Origin: Sedimentisphaerales bacterium | GTDB lineage: Bacteria > Planctomycetota > Phycisphaerae > Sedimentisphaerales > SM23-30 | NCBI GenBank assembly: GCA_963666285.1 | Contig: OY762711.1 | Direction: 5' to 3' (one strand) | Length of the DNA stretch: 64,000 bases | Shown: piece by piece, positions 21,041-30,682 of the stretch | Layout of the letters: each line of letters begins with the position of its first letter | How positions within the stretch are numbered: position 1 is the stretch's first letter | The notes under the pieces: model-generated | What the model was told of the DNA's origin: nothing | The model's database searches: none | Seen by the model: only the letters and a program-made list of their open reading frames with translations | Made by a program: the position numbers and the translations under genes

Positions 21041-22642
21041 ATGAAGAATATTATTTTATCGCTACTGGTCATGGCCGTTCTTCCAGCTTATCTCTATGCT
21101 GTCGAAGTTACCGGCGACCTGGTAAAAGATCTTGGCCTTAAGCAGGCAACCGTCGAAGGAGCAACTATATTTTATGACCCTCGCTTTGAAAAACAGCTGC
21201 CGGTATTCGAAAAGATTTATCTGGACTATAGGGCAAAAATGAAAGCCGGGACAGGTTCTGGTGGTGCATTTTTTGAGACTTTCATTGCCAATAAAGATGC
21301 GATTCTTAAAGATATCGCCGGGATTGTCGGCGGTGATCCGAATGATGGATTAGTCACAGCTTCCGGCATGGAACAGATCAACAAACTCGGCTATGATCTT
21401 GCTATGCCGCTGACTGGTACCGGCAACAAAATATACCTGGTTATGCAGACCAGTACCAAGGAGTATCTACGCAGCGGCGGTAAGATCCCGAACATGCAGT
21501 ATGACAAGTCTTCGGATACCGCGTCTTATCAGTTTTTCTTTGAGTTAGGCAAGGATAATTCCTCGAACCAGGAACTGCTTTTCCCGATCGCTTCGCCCGG
21601 CAGGATCAAAGAGGTAGCCGGTTCTATCCTGTTTACTCTGCATGATAAGTTTGGCTCCGGTGGTACGGAAATGGACTATGTTATGATCCACGAGATAGCC
21701 GAGATGACTATTCTGCGACGGCTGAAATGTAACGATCCGTATATACGCTGGTTCTCAGATGGTTTTGCCAATGCTATTACCCGCGAGATGCTCAGGAAAT
21801 ATTTTACTCAAAAAGATGTCGACAGCTTTCTGGATACAAACTCCGCGGCCAAATATGACAGGCTTCGCAAAGAGGCCAACCTGCAGTATTGGATGAGCCT
21901 GAATTATGTTTCGACTAACGACTGGCCCGTTCCTGCCGAAAGCGAGCTTAGCCTGGCCCGCTACTGTTTCGCTACCGAACTGGCATTGCAGATAGTCGAC
22001 GAATTTGGCATCGATTGTGTAAGTAAGATCATTGACAGGCATATTGCTGAAAGGAATGCGAAAAATACCGGAACTATGCCGGCCATAATAGAAAAGGTTA
22101 CCGGCTTTAAGGTCAGCGAAAAAATGCAGCTGTATCAGAACTTTAAGAACTGGCAGGATGGTATTGCATATTACGACCAAAAGCTGGCCGGGATCGACCC
22201 GGAGAAAGAGCCCGATGATAGAATTTTCTATCTTATGCGAAAACTTGAACTGAAAGGGCAGCCATTTATGCCTGACGCCTTGTATATAAGGATGGAAATT
22301 GCTAATCTTCTGTACGACAGCGATCGAAAAGAATTTGCCAAAAGATTCGTCACCGATTTTGCCGACCATCTGTGCCGGTTTTGGGACGATAATATAAAAA
22401 CAGGCGGCAGGGAATTTGCAATCTTTTTCGCACTGGGAGTCGATGAGCCTGCTCTTGCCGTTAGGTATGCCGACGATATGCTGAAAGCTAACCCGGACCA
22501 TACCAACGCCATGACGGTGATTATGAAAACCACAGAAGACAAGGACCAGGCCAGCAAACTTGCCCAAAAGATCATTTCGCTGGAAAAAGATAAGGAAAGC
22601 TTCTGCTATAAGCAGGCCCAGAAAATACTGGAAGAAAAATAA
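21041..22642 (+). CDS. Secreted hypothetical protein with a zincin-like motif and C-terminal TPR-like helices
   Basis: Signal peptide; IHEIAE...WFSDGFAN resembles HExxH...W..EG.A. Confidence 0.7.
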   Translation: MKNIILSLLVMAVLPAYLYAVEVTGDLVKDLGLKQATVEGATIFYDPRFEKQLPVFEKIYLDYRAKMKAGTGSGGAFFETFIANKDAILKDIAGIVGGDPNDGLVTASGMEQINKLGYDLAMPLTGTGNKIYLVMQTSTKEYLRSGGKIPNMQYDKSSDTASYQFFFELGKDNSSNQELLFPIASPGRIKEVAGSILFTLHDKFGSGGTEMDYVMIHEIAEMTILRRLKCNDPYIRWFSDGFANAITREMLRKYFTQKDVDSFLDTNSAAKYDRLRKEANLQYWMSLNYVSTNDWPVPAESELSLARYCFATELALQIVDEFGIDCVSKIIDRHIAERNAKNTGTMPAIIEKVTGFKVSEKMQLYQNFKNWQDGIAYYDQKLAGIDPEKEPDDRIFYLMRKLELKGQPFMPDALYIRMEIANLLYDSDRKEFAKRFVTDFADHLCRFWDDNIKTGGREFAIFFALGVDEPALAVRYADDMLKANPDHTNAMTVIMKTTEDKDQASKLAQKIISLEKDKESFCYKQAQKILEEK

Positions 22643-22644
22643 AT

Positions 22645-22896
22645 ATGGCTATGAACTGGAAAAAAGAACATTCAGATGAAATATTATATCGAATACCTGT
22701 ATTTCATGTAGTTAGTTTTTTTTGCAGTATAATTATGTGCCGTGAAGCTGTATATTTTGGTTTCTTTTTTGCAATACTGGCCGCAATAGTTTCGATTCGT
22801 AATCTAAAAAAAAGCAGTAAATGGAGGTTGGCTGAGTTTGTTTTATTGAGTTTTGCTGTTTTATTAGCAATAGGCTATTGTATAGAGATGGGGTAA
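22645..22896 (+). CDS. Small membrane protein
   Basis: Three hydrophobic segments; abuts the upstream stop codon. Confidence 0.55.
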   Translation: MAMNWKKEHSDEILYRIPVFHVVSFFCSIIMCREAVYFGFFFAILAAIVSIRNLKKSSKWRLAEFVLLSFAVLLAIGYCIEMG

Positions 22897-23035
22897 TTAT
22901 AACTGATTTGAAAATGATTATTATCGCTCAAGTGTGAATTCTAGGTTTAAAGTAATTATTACCTCATATTATGCCGAATGTTATGTTAGTTTGAAATCAG
23001 TAACAGTGGTGATAAATGTGAGGTAAATACAATTT

Positions 23036-23356
23036 ATGGTTGATCAATCTTCAGTAAAACCTATCCCGATATCTCTAAATGCAGTTATTTCGCTTATTTT
23101 GAGTGTTTTTATAGCTTCAACTGCAGTTATCACGCTTTTTACACCTTTTGGCTCTGAGGGTTCGTTAAATTTTCTGCTTTTTTGTGGCCCTGGTGTGGTC
23201 TTAGTTTCTATTCTCTTGGCTATAGCAGCTCTTTTACAGAGATTATTTGTAGCAAGAAAGCTTTGGTGGCTGGCATTTATCAGTATCTTAATGGCTTTGG
23301 CTGGCTTACTGTTAAGCTTTGCTTGGATAGGTTCCGCGGCGTGTAATGCGGCGTAA
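23036..23356 (+). CDS. Small membrane protein (3 TM)
   Basis: RBS GAGG; three hydrophobic segments. Confidence 0.65.
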   Translation: MVDQSSVKPIPISLNAVISLILSVFIASTAVITLFTPFGSEGSLNFLLFCGPGVVLVSILLAIAALLQRLFVARKLWWLAFISILMALAGLLLSFAWIGSAACNAA

Positions 23357-23451
23357 GTTCTGGAAAGTGTGTTATAAAAGTCTTGAATTTGCAGTTTTTA
23401 CTGCAAACTGGCTTAGTAAAAGATAGTTTATAAAATGATAAATTACATATA

Positions 23452-23481
23452 GACCGCTCGGCGAACCCGGGCGGTTTTTTT
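23452..23481 (+). terminator. Rho-independent terminator
   Basis: ACCGCTCGG-loop-CCGGGCGGT followed by a T run. Confidence 0.75.
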
Positions 23482-24129
23482 ATGTAACTATTTTAGTTAA
23501 CTTTCGTAGTTTTTAAGATATAAAAAACGCCTAAGAGGGCCTTCCTGCAACACTTTGAAATAAATATACTTTCGAGAATTAGCTCGGAAATGCAATTAAA
23601 TGAAAAGTCTTTTATTCACAAGGTTCTGTTCCGAGCCTTTTGCATGTAATGTTGAACAGCCAAAAGAGCGATACCGCACTATCGCTTTGCAGTGTGTATT
23701 TATTTTGACTTTTCCAACTCTGATTATTGGCATCATTGTCGAAAAAACAATATTGCTTCATAGTGATTTTATTGCAAGAGATGTTTTGCAACAGCAAAAA
23801 GACAGAGCAGATAAGATTAAGGTTTACTGGAAAAATAGTTGTTTTCATAACTAAAATAATGCAGCATTGTAACCTTTTGCAAGGAAACCACCTTGGTGTT
23901 GCCAGGTATGCCGGTGGGGTGGACTAAGCGGTGATTGATGTTCTTTTCATGAGTCAGCTTTTTATAAGTTTGTCCTGTATATGGTGTTAAGGTTATTTTT
24001 GGATAGGGTCAGGAAAAATAATCTATAAACTAAAAAAATATGCCGATATCAAAATTGTGGGTATATAATAATTAAGAAAGCAGAATTTATCAGGATTTAG
24101 CATTTCTGTGAGATTTTGAAAGGTCCGAT

Positions 24130-25986
24130 ATGAGTTTAGAACTAAAAAAACAGCTGTCATTTATAGATGTATTTAGTCTGGCGGCAGGCGCGATGATAAG
24201 CTCAGGTATTTTCATTTTACCCGGTCTGGCATTTTCTCAGGCCGGTCCGGCAATGATAGTAGCGTATATATTAGCCGGTCTGCTGGCGTTAACTGGAGTT
24301 TTCAGTGTAGCAGAGCTTTCAACCGCGATGCCACGTGCAGGCGGAGATTATTATTATGTTAATCGCAGTATGGGGCCAATGCTGGGTACCATCTCGGGTA
24401 TAATGAGCTGGTTTGCCCTGTCGTTGAAAACATCATTTGCAATTTTTGGTATTGCAGAAGTAGTATATATGCTCACAGGAGGAGCTATAAATGTAATTTT
24501 GATTTCAATCCTGATTTGCGTATTATTTATGGCTTTGAATATTTTTGGCGTAAAGGAAGCCGCAAAGCTTGAGGTAGTATTGGTAATGTTTCTTTTACTA
24601 TTGATGTGCGGGTATATTGTTTTGGGAATGCGTCATGTTGATGTTATTAAGTTTAAGCCTTTTGCTCCCAATGGTTTTGATTCTGTATTGCTGACATCGG
24701 GTTTTGTTTTTGTATCTTTTGGTGGTTTATTAAAAGTTTCCAGTGTTGCCGAAGAGGTAAAAGAGCCGAATCGCAATATTCCACTTGGTCTGATTTCAGC
24801 GGTATTGGTGGTGACAATGTTGTATGCATTTTTGCTGGTTGTTACGGTTGGGGTTATGCCTGCTGAAAAGCTTTTAAGTTCACTGACACCTATAGCACAT
24901 TCCGCGGAAATTTTTAGTGGAAAACCCGGGTATTATGCTATTACTATTGCGGCGGTTCTGGCTTTTGTCACAACAGCAAATGCCGGTATTATGTCAGCGT
25001 CCAGATACCCGATGGCTTTGAGTCGTGATAAGCTGGTGCCAGAGTTTGTCAGTCATATTAATCCAAGGTTAAACACTCCTGTGCGATCAATATTGTTTAC
25101 AGGTGGTTTTATTATGCTGTCTTTATTTTTGCCGCTTGAAGTACTGGTAAAGGCAGCTTCTACAGTCGTTCTTACGTCATATGTACTTGCTAACCTGGCA
25201 ATAATCATATTACGTGAAAGCAGGTTGCAGAACTATCGTCCTTCTTTTAGGGCTCCGTTTTATCCTTGGGTTCAAATTGTAAGTATATTTATCTTTATCT
25301 ATTTGATTATCGATATGGGAATGGCTACTGTCGAAATCAGCCTTGGATTACTTATTGCCGCTATCTTGCTATATGTATTTTACGGCATGAAACGAGCAAA
25401 TTCAGAATATGCATTTTTGCATTTGATGGCAAGGTTTGGTAATGAAGAGCTTGATTCGTATGACCTTGAAGCTGAATTGCGAAATATTGTTCATACTCGT
25501 GATGATGTGGTAAAGGATAGATTTGACAAAATTATCAGCAAAGCAGCTGTACTTGACCTGGAAGAAGTAAAGGACAGGGCAGAACTGTTTTCCAAGGTAG
25601 CCGAAGTTTTGTCAGAAAGGCATAAAATAGATCAAGGACATGCCTTCAAGCTGTTGAGAGAGCGTGAAAAGGAAGCCAGTACTGTTTTGCTGCCGAATGT
25701 TGCAATACCACATATTATTGTTAATGGTCAGTCAATATTTGACATGGTTCTGGTGAGATGTAAAAACGGAGTTGCTTTTTCTGATGAGGCAAAAGACGTG
25801 AAGGCTGTCTTGATAATTGCAGGAAGTAAGGATGAGCGAAGGCTGCATCTTCAGGCCCTGGCGGCAATAGCTCAAACTATTCAGGAAAAAGAGTTTAATG
25901 ACAGGTGGATGGAAGCCCGCAGTGAAAATCATCTGCGTGATGTTTTTCTTTTGAGCAAGCGATCCAGATTTGAAACGAATAAGTGA
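24130..25986 (+). CDS. APC-family amino acid permease fused to a PTS EIIA (Fru/Ntr-type) domain
   Basis: GAMISSGIF, AELSTAMPRAGG, AEEVKEP.RNIP, about 12 TM; C-terminal RE..ST.....VAIPH. Confidence 0.9.
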   Translation: MSLELKKQLSFIDVFSLAAGAMISSGIFILPGLAFSQAGPAMIVAYILAGLLALTGVFSVAELSTAMPRAGGDYYYVNRSMGPMLGTISGIMSWFALSLKTSFAIFGIAEVVYMLTGGAINVILISILICVLFMALNIFGVKEAAKLEVVLVMFLLLLMCGYIVLGMRHVDVIKFKPFAPNGFDSVLLTSGFVFVSFGGLLKVSSVAEEVKEPNRNIPLGLISAVLVVTMLYAFLLVVTVGVMPAEKLLSSLTPIAHSAEIFSGKPGYYAITIAAVLAFVTTANAGIMSASRYPMALSRDKLVPEFVSHINPRLNTPVRSILFTGGFIMLSLFLPLEVLVKAASTVVLTSYVLANLAIIILRESRLQNYRPSFRAPFYPWVQIVSIFIFIYLIIDMGMATVEISLGLLIAAILLYVFYGMKRANSEYAFLHLMARFGNEELDSYDLEAELRNIVHTRDDVVKDRFDKIISKAAVLDLEEVKDRAELFSKVAEVLSERHKIDQGHAFKLLREREKEASTVLLPNVAIPHIIVNGQSIFDMVLVRCKNGVAFSDEAKDVKAVLIIAGSKDERRLHLQALAAIAQTIQEKEFNDRWMEARSENHLRDVFLLSKRSRFETNK

Positions 25987-25993
25987 AAAACAA

Positions 25994-26019
25994 AAAGGCA
26001 GGAAAGATATCCTGCCTTT
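25994..26019. terminator. Bidirectional terminator between the permease and tRNA-Gln
   Basis: AAAGGCAGG...CCTGCCTTT stem. Confidence 0.7.
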
Positions 26020-26049
26020 AAAGTTTTTGATACTCCTTGAAAAGGAGAA

Positions 26050-26120
26050 CTGGGGAACTAGGATTCGAACCTAGACTGAATGAGTCAGAGTCATTAGTGC
26101 TGCCGTTACACTATTCCCCA
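26050..26120 (-). tRNA. tRNA-Gln (anticodon CTG); CCA not encoded
   Basis: TGGGGAA/TTCCCCA acceptor stem; AATGA-CT-CTG-AC-TCATT anticodon arm; GGTTCGAATCC T-arm. Confidence 0.95.
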
Positions 26121-26171
26121 AAATCTGTTTTGCAAGTTGTGTCGTGACATCAACTTCCAACAAGGGACATA

Positions 26172-26199
26172 ATTATATTATACAGAAAAAACATTTCAA
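26172..26199 (-). promoter_or_regulatory. sigma70-type promoter for tRNA-Gln
   Basis: TTGAAA-N16-TATAAT on the minus strand. Confidence 0.55.
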
Positions 26200-26607
26200 G
26201 TAAAAAAAACAAATAGTTAACATAAAGCAAATCAACTGTGTCGGAAGTGTAAAAAATGAGTGTTAATTATGCCGTTTTAGTCCAATAATAATGTTGTTAG
26301 AAAATATTTATTTATTTTTTTAATACCGGATATTCGGACTAAAACTGCGTTATGGTAGGCCCAAAGCTTTGTTTTATACTGTTATGACCCTATTAACTAG
26401 TATATTCGTTTGTTTTTGTCTATTCTCGCAACTATTATAATTTGTGAACTGATATTTCAATATAGAAATAGCTGTAAAATACCGAAAATATCACAGTCAA
26501 GAAGCAATACAGGTATTTAACCTGTTATATGAGAGGAAGTTAATCTTGGCTGTGTAAAAAATATAGATAGTGTTATACCCTTGATTATGGAAAGAGTTGA
26601 GGTAAAA

Positions 26608-29181
26608 ATGCGAAACGTAAAAACATTTGTTGTCGTACCATCGTTACCCTCGGAATTAACCCGTTTAAATGATCTGGCTCAAAATTTGTGGTGGGCCTGG
26701 GATCATGAATGTCTGAACCTGTTCCGCAGGCTTGATAGAGAGCTTTGGGAAGAGTGTTACCATAACCCGGTTAAGATGCTGGGCATGATTTCTCAGGACA
26801 GGCTGGAAGCAGCTCGTCGTGATTCAGGTTTCCTGAGCCACATGGAGCGTGTACTTGAACGCTTTGATGAGTATATGGGCACACCTAAAAAGACAGACGA
26901 GGTGACGGTATATTTCAGTGCTGAATTTGGCCTCAACGAATGCCTGCCGATCTATTCAGGCGGTCTGGGTATTCTGGCCGGTGACCATCTCAAGAGTGCC
27001 AGTGACCTGTCGCTGAACCTTGTAGGTGTTGGCCTGTTATACAGGCAGGGTTACTTCAGTCAGTATCTGAACGCAGATGGCTGGCAGCAGGAATCATATC
27101 CAGAGAATGATTTTTATAACATGCCCGTTGAGCTGATGAAATGGGAAGACGGACGTCCGATCCGTTTCCATATTGATATCGGCGGTAATGACGTGGTTGT
27201 ACAAATATGGCGTGTTGCAGTTGGGCGTATCAGCCTGTATCTGCTGGATACAAATCTACGCTGCAATCGTATCGAAGATCGTCAGATAACAGCCCAGCTG
27301 TATGGTGGCGACAGCAATATGCGTATCCGTCAGGAGATCCTGCTGGGTGTCGGCGGTTACACCGCAATGAAAACCCTGATGATCGAGCCTACAGTATGCC
27401 ATATGAATGAAGGCCATGCCGCATTTATGGCCCTGGAACGCATCAGGCGTTTGATGCTGGAAAAGAAAATGAGCTTCGATCAGGCATTGGAAGCAACACG
27501 TTGTGCTAATGTCTTTACGACACATACACCGGTTCCGGCCGGTCACGATGCATTTTCACCGGCATTGATGGAAAAATATTTCAAGGCGTATCATTCTGAA
27601 CTTGGTATAAACTGGCAGGACTTTTTGGCTCTTGGTCGTGTAAGTGCCGAAGATCTGCATGCACCTTTCAGTATGACTAACCTTGCTCTTAAGACCTCTA
27701 ATTCAAGTAATGGTGTAAGTAAGCTTCACGGTGAAGTTTCTCGTCATATGTGCAGTAACCTGTGGCCGGAAGTACCTGTAAATGAGGTACCTATCGACTC
27801 GGTAACAAACGGTATCCATGTCAAGAGCTGGATCAGCTATGAAATGGCACAGTTATTCGACCGTTATATCGGTCCTGACTGGCGTGAACGCACAGACAAC
27901 CTGGAAGCATTTGGTCGTGTAGAAGATGTGCCGGATGCTGAACTATGGCGTACCCATGAGCGTCGTCGTGAACGCCTGGTATCATTTGCCCGTCGTCGTC
28001 TGCGTCTTCAGATGGCACAACGCGGTGTAGGCCCGGCCGAACTGGCAGCTGCTGACGAAGTGCTTGATCCGGAAGTTCTGACAATTGGTTTTGCCCGCAG
28101 GTTTGCTACCTATAAACGTGCAACTCTGCTGTTCAGGGATAAGGCCAGGCTGGAACGTCTTCTGAGCGATCCTAACAGGCCGGTTCAGCTGATATTTGCC
28201 GGTAAAGCTCATCCGAGAGACAATGAAGGTAAAGATCTTATCAGGAATATCGTACATTATATTCAGGGTTCACACCTGCGTAATAAGGTTGTATTCCTGG
28301 AGAACTATGATATGAATGTTGCCCGTTACCTGGTACAGGGTGTTGATGTGTGGCTGAATAACCCACGTCGCGGCATGGAAGCTTCCGGAACATCAGGTAT
28401 GAAGGTCCTGGGTAACGGTGGTTTGAACGCCAGTATTCTTGACGGATGGTGGTGTGAAGGCTACAGTCCTGAAACCGGCTGGGCAATAGGTAAGGGCGAA
28501 AGCTATCATGACAAGAATTATGAAGATGAGGTTGAATCTCATGCCCTTTATAACCTGCTGGAAAATGAAATAATTCCGACATTCTACGATGTTGGTTCAG
28601 ATAAGCTTCCTCGCAAGTGGATCAGGATGATGAAAGATTCTATCAAGACTATCTGTCCTGAATTTTCAACTATGCGTATGGTTGATGAATATGACACTCG
28701 TTTCTACAGTGCCGCCCGTAAACGCTATCATATATTTAATGCAGATAATTGCAGTAAAGCCATCGAACTGGCTGACTGGAAATCTGCTGTACGCGGCAGC
28801 TGGGGCGAAGTATCGGTAGAAAAAGTAGATATAGTCAATAAGGGTGAGGTGCAGGTAGGTCAGGACCTTGAAGTTCGCTGTCAGGTTAACCTTGGCTCCT
28901 TGAATCCGGATGATGTGATCGTTGAGATCTACCAGGGAATATTAAATACCACACGTTCCGATATTGAAGGCGGAGATGCGGTATCCATGGAATATGTCGG
29001 ACAGGGCAGCAGTGACTCGCTGCATGTCTTCAATGGTAAGATCAACTGTAAGAATACCGGCTTGTGCGGTTTTTCAGTTAGGGTATTGCCGAGTCATCCT
29101 GACATGAATAATAAGTTTGAGACCGGACTTATTAAATGGGATACTCAACCGGCTGATGAAACTTCTGTGCTGCCGTGCTAA
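26608..29181 (+). CDS. glgP: Alpha-glucan (glycogen/maltodextrin) phosphorylase
   Basis: YSGGLGILAGD, HMNEGH, FARRFATYKR, GKAHP and the PLP-lysine motif EASGTSGMK. Confidence 0.96.
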   Translation: MRNVKTFVVVPSLPSELTRLNDLAQNLWWAWDHECLNLFRRLDRELWEECYHNPVKMLGMISQDRLEAARRDSGFLSHMERVLERFDEYMGTPKKTDEVTVYFSAEFGLNECLPIYSGGLGILAGDHLKSASDLSLNLVGVGLLYRQGYFSQYLNADGWQQESYPENDFYNMPVELMKWEDGRPIRFHIDIGGNDVVVQIWRVAVGRISLYLLDTNLRCNRIEDRQITAQLYGGDSNMRIRQEILLGVGGYTAMKTLMIEPTVCHMNEGHAAFMALERIRRLMLEKKMSFDQALEATRCANVFTTHTPVPAGHDAFSPALMEKYFKAYHSELGINWQDFLALGRVSAEDLHAPFSMTNLALKTSNSSNGVSKLHGEVSRHMCSNLWPEVPVNEVPIDSVTNGIHVKSWISYEMAQLFDRYIGPDWRERTDNLEAFGRVEDVPDAELWRTHERRRERLVSFARRRLRLQMAQRGVGPAELAAADEVLDPEVLTIGFARRFATYKRATLLFRDKARLERLLSDPNRPVQLIFAGKAHPRDNEGKDLIRNIVHYIQGSHLRNKVVFLENYDMNVARYLVQGVDVWLNNPRRGMEASGTSGMKVLGNGGLNASILDGWWCEGYSPETGWAIGKGESYHDKNYEDEVESHALYNLLENEIIPTFYDVGSDKLPRKWIRMMKDSIKTICPEFSTMRMVDEYDTRFYSAARKRYHIFNADNCSKAIELADWKSAVRGSWGEVSVEKVDIVNKGEVQVGQDLEVRCQVNLGSLNPDDVIVEIYQGILNTTRSDIEGGDAVSMEYVGQGSSDSLHVFNGKINCKNTGLCGFSVRVLPSHPDMNNKFETGLIKWDTQPADETSVLPC

Positions 29182-29220
29182 CGGTCTTGTGACTGTTGGT
29201 TATAAACGTATCAGATAAAA

Positions 29221-29262
29221 AAAGAGCTTGAAGGATAAAACCCTCAAGCTCTTTCTTTTTTT
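29221..29262. terminator. Bidirectional terminator
   Basis: AAAGAGCTTGA...TCAAGCTCTTT stem with A and T runs on either side. Confidence 0.75.
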
Positions 29263-29421
29263 ACATTGGGTTGTCGAATATTTTTCGAGCCCAAAACTCT
29301 ACTCGCCGTTAGCAGGCATATTTTTGCAATAAAATTTAAGTTGCAAAGCTGAGTTTCTTTGCTAAAAGCTTTCTCACCGGTTTATTGCTATGCCAATAAA
29401 TTCAAATATATTTAGAATTTA

Positions 29422-29931
29422 TTATGCTGTTGTTGGCGGAGTATATACTCTCTGCCCAAGTTCACGATTGATCATGAATAGGGTAGAGCCTTCATTTCCG
29501 GCCATTTTAATCTCCTGGATTATCGTTTTGGCCGTAGCCTCTTCTTCCACCTGCTCATTGATAAACCACTGGAGGAAATTCTGGCTGGCGAAATCTTTTT
29601 CCTCGATTGCCAGTGCCATAAGATCGTTTATCCATCCGGTAACCTTACGTTCGTGGTTAAGGGCTTCTTCAAACAGTTTCAATGCTGTGCCAAAATCTTT
29701 TGGCGGCTCATCGATCTGCAGCAGTTGTACGTCTCCATCTCTTTCGATCAGATAATCATACATCTTAAAAGAGTGGAACATCTCTTCCTGGTACTGGATT
29801 CTGAACCAGTTAGCGAATCCGGGCAGATCAATACTTTCGGCATAAGCACTCATGGCCAGGTAGAGATACGCTGAATACATCTCACGATTTATCTGCCCGT
29901 TAAAAGCTGCATTCATCTTTTTACTTATCAT
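29422..29931 (-). CDS. ftnA: Non-heme bacterial ferritin
   Basis: QINREMYSAYLY, EEMFH, HE, LQWFINEQVEEE ferroxidase residues; RBS before the ATG at 29931. Confidence 0.95.
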   Translation of the reverse strand: MISKKMNAAFNGQINREMYSAYLYLAMSAYAESIDLPGFANWFRIQYQEEMFHSFKMYDYLIERDGDVQLLQIDEPPKDFGTALKLFEEALNHERKVTGWINDLMALAIEEKDFASQNFLQWFINEQVEEEATAKTIIQEIKMAGNEGSTLFMINRELGQRVYTPPTTA

Positions 29932-30026
29932 AATTATACTCTCCATTAAGTTAAAGCGTGCCGGGAAAGGTACTACTGCTGGTTTCGGTCCCGGCAAAAA
30001 ACGGTATGTTTTCAGTTACATAATGC

Positions 30027-30413
30027 TTAGCTGGTAGCCCATAGGCCGTGCAGGTTGCATAGTTCCCTTACCTTTGGAGCTGTAGAGCATTTGCCGCCGC
30101 AGTTGAACTCGACAACAGGTTCGTCGCCCGGGTTGAGATATTTACGGGAGATGCCTTTTTCACCGATAACTTCAATCCACTGGATCCAGTGTTCTTCGGT
30201 CATTGGATGAAGGGTTGAGCCTACAGTAACTTTCATCCCGGTTTCTGTCATTTCAACTACAGGGATATGTTTTTCTTTAGCCGCGTCAACGGTGTTTTCG
30301 GTCAATTCTGTCATATCCTGGCCGCAGCATTGGATTGCAGGGCCCTGGTTGTCCAGCATTTCGATTACATTTCCACAGATTTCACATTTGTAAATAGTTG
30401 CAGGTACTGCCAT
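30027..30413 (-). CDS. dfx: Desulfoferrodoxin (superoxide reductase)
   Basis: YKCEICGN, CCG, EKHIP, HPM..EH.I.WIE, CNLHGLW. Confidence 0.95.
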   Translation of the reverse strand: MAVPATIYKCEICGNVIEMLDNQGPAIQCCGQDMTELTENTVDAAKEKHIPVVEMTETGMKVTVGSTLHPMTEEHWIQWIEVIGEKGISRKYLNPGDEPVVEFNCGGKCSTAPKVRELCNLHGLWATS

Positions 30414-30490
30414 TTTGTACTCCTTGGTAATAAAACATTACATTTTAACAGGTTATATCGCACGTTGCGACCAAACCCCATCACAAATAT

Positions 30491-30518
30491 ATTATACGTT
30501 GGCCCGGTTAAAAGTCAA
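30491..30518 (-). promoter_or_regulatory. sigma70-type promoter for dfx-ftnA
   Basis: TTGACT-N16-TATAAT on the minus strand. Confidence 0.6.
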
Positions 30519-30682
30519 ACCTGGTAAGATATTATTTTTTATCATCTGCCTGCGAAAAGGTGAAATATATGTAACCTAGGCAGGTTTTGCTTGTATAAAA
30601 TGAGGTTTTGGCTTATTGTGATATTGTGGTTGATTTATGTTAACTAAATGATGATATTTTGTTGACTTAGAAAGGTTTTCTT

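Noticed and set aside
21755..22567. 270-aa antisense ORF (and similar ones at 3455-3946, 5970-6659, 33362-33937, 37280-37771, 41202-41924, 54252-54737)
   Set aside because: Shadow ORFs that overlap better-supported genes on the opposite strand and carry no motifs.
23520..23930. Short ORFs (23600-23854, 23612-23848, 23727-23927) and possible IS-end-like sequences CCTTCCTGCAAC / TTGCAAGGAAACC
   Set aside because: The ORFs overlap one another without motifs or a clear RBS; the putative inverted repeats are too weak and lack a target duplication.
26050..26120. tRNA-Gln as an island integration site
   Set aside because: No duplicated tRNA 3' end or integrase was seen, and the flanking genes are housekeeping.
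29965..29990. Iron-responsive element upstream of ferritin
   Set aside because: The loop contains CAGTAG rather than the canonical CAGTGN, and the stem geometry does not fit.
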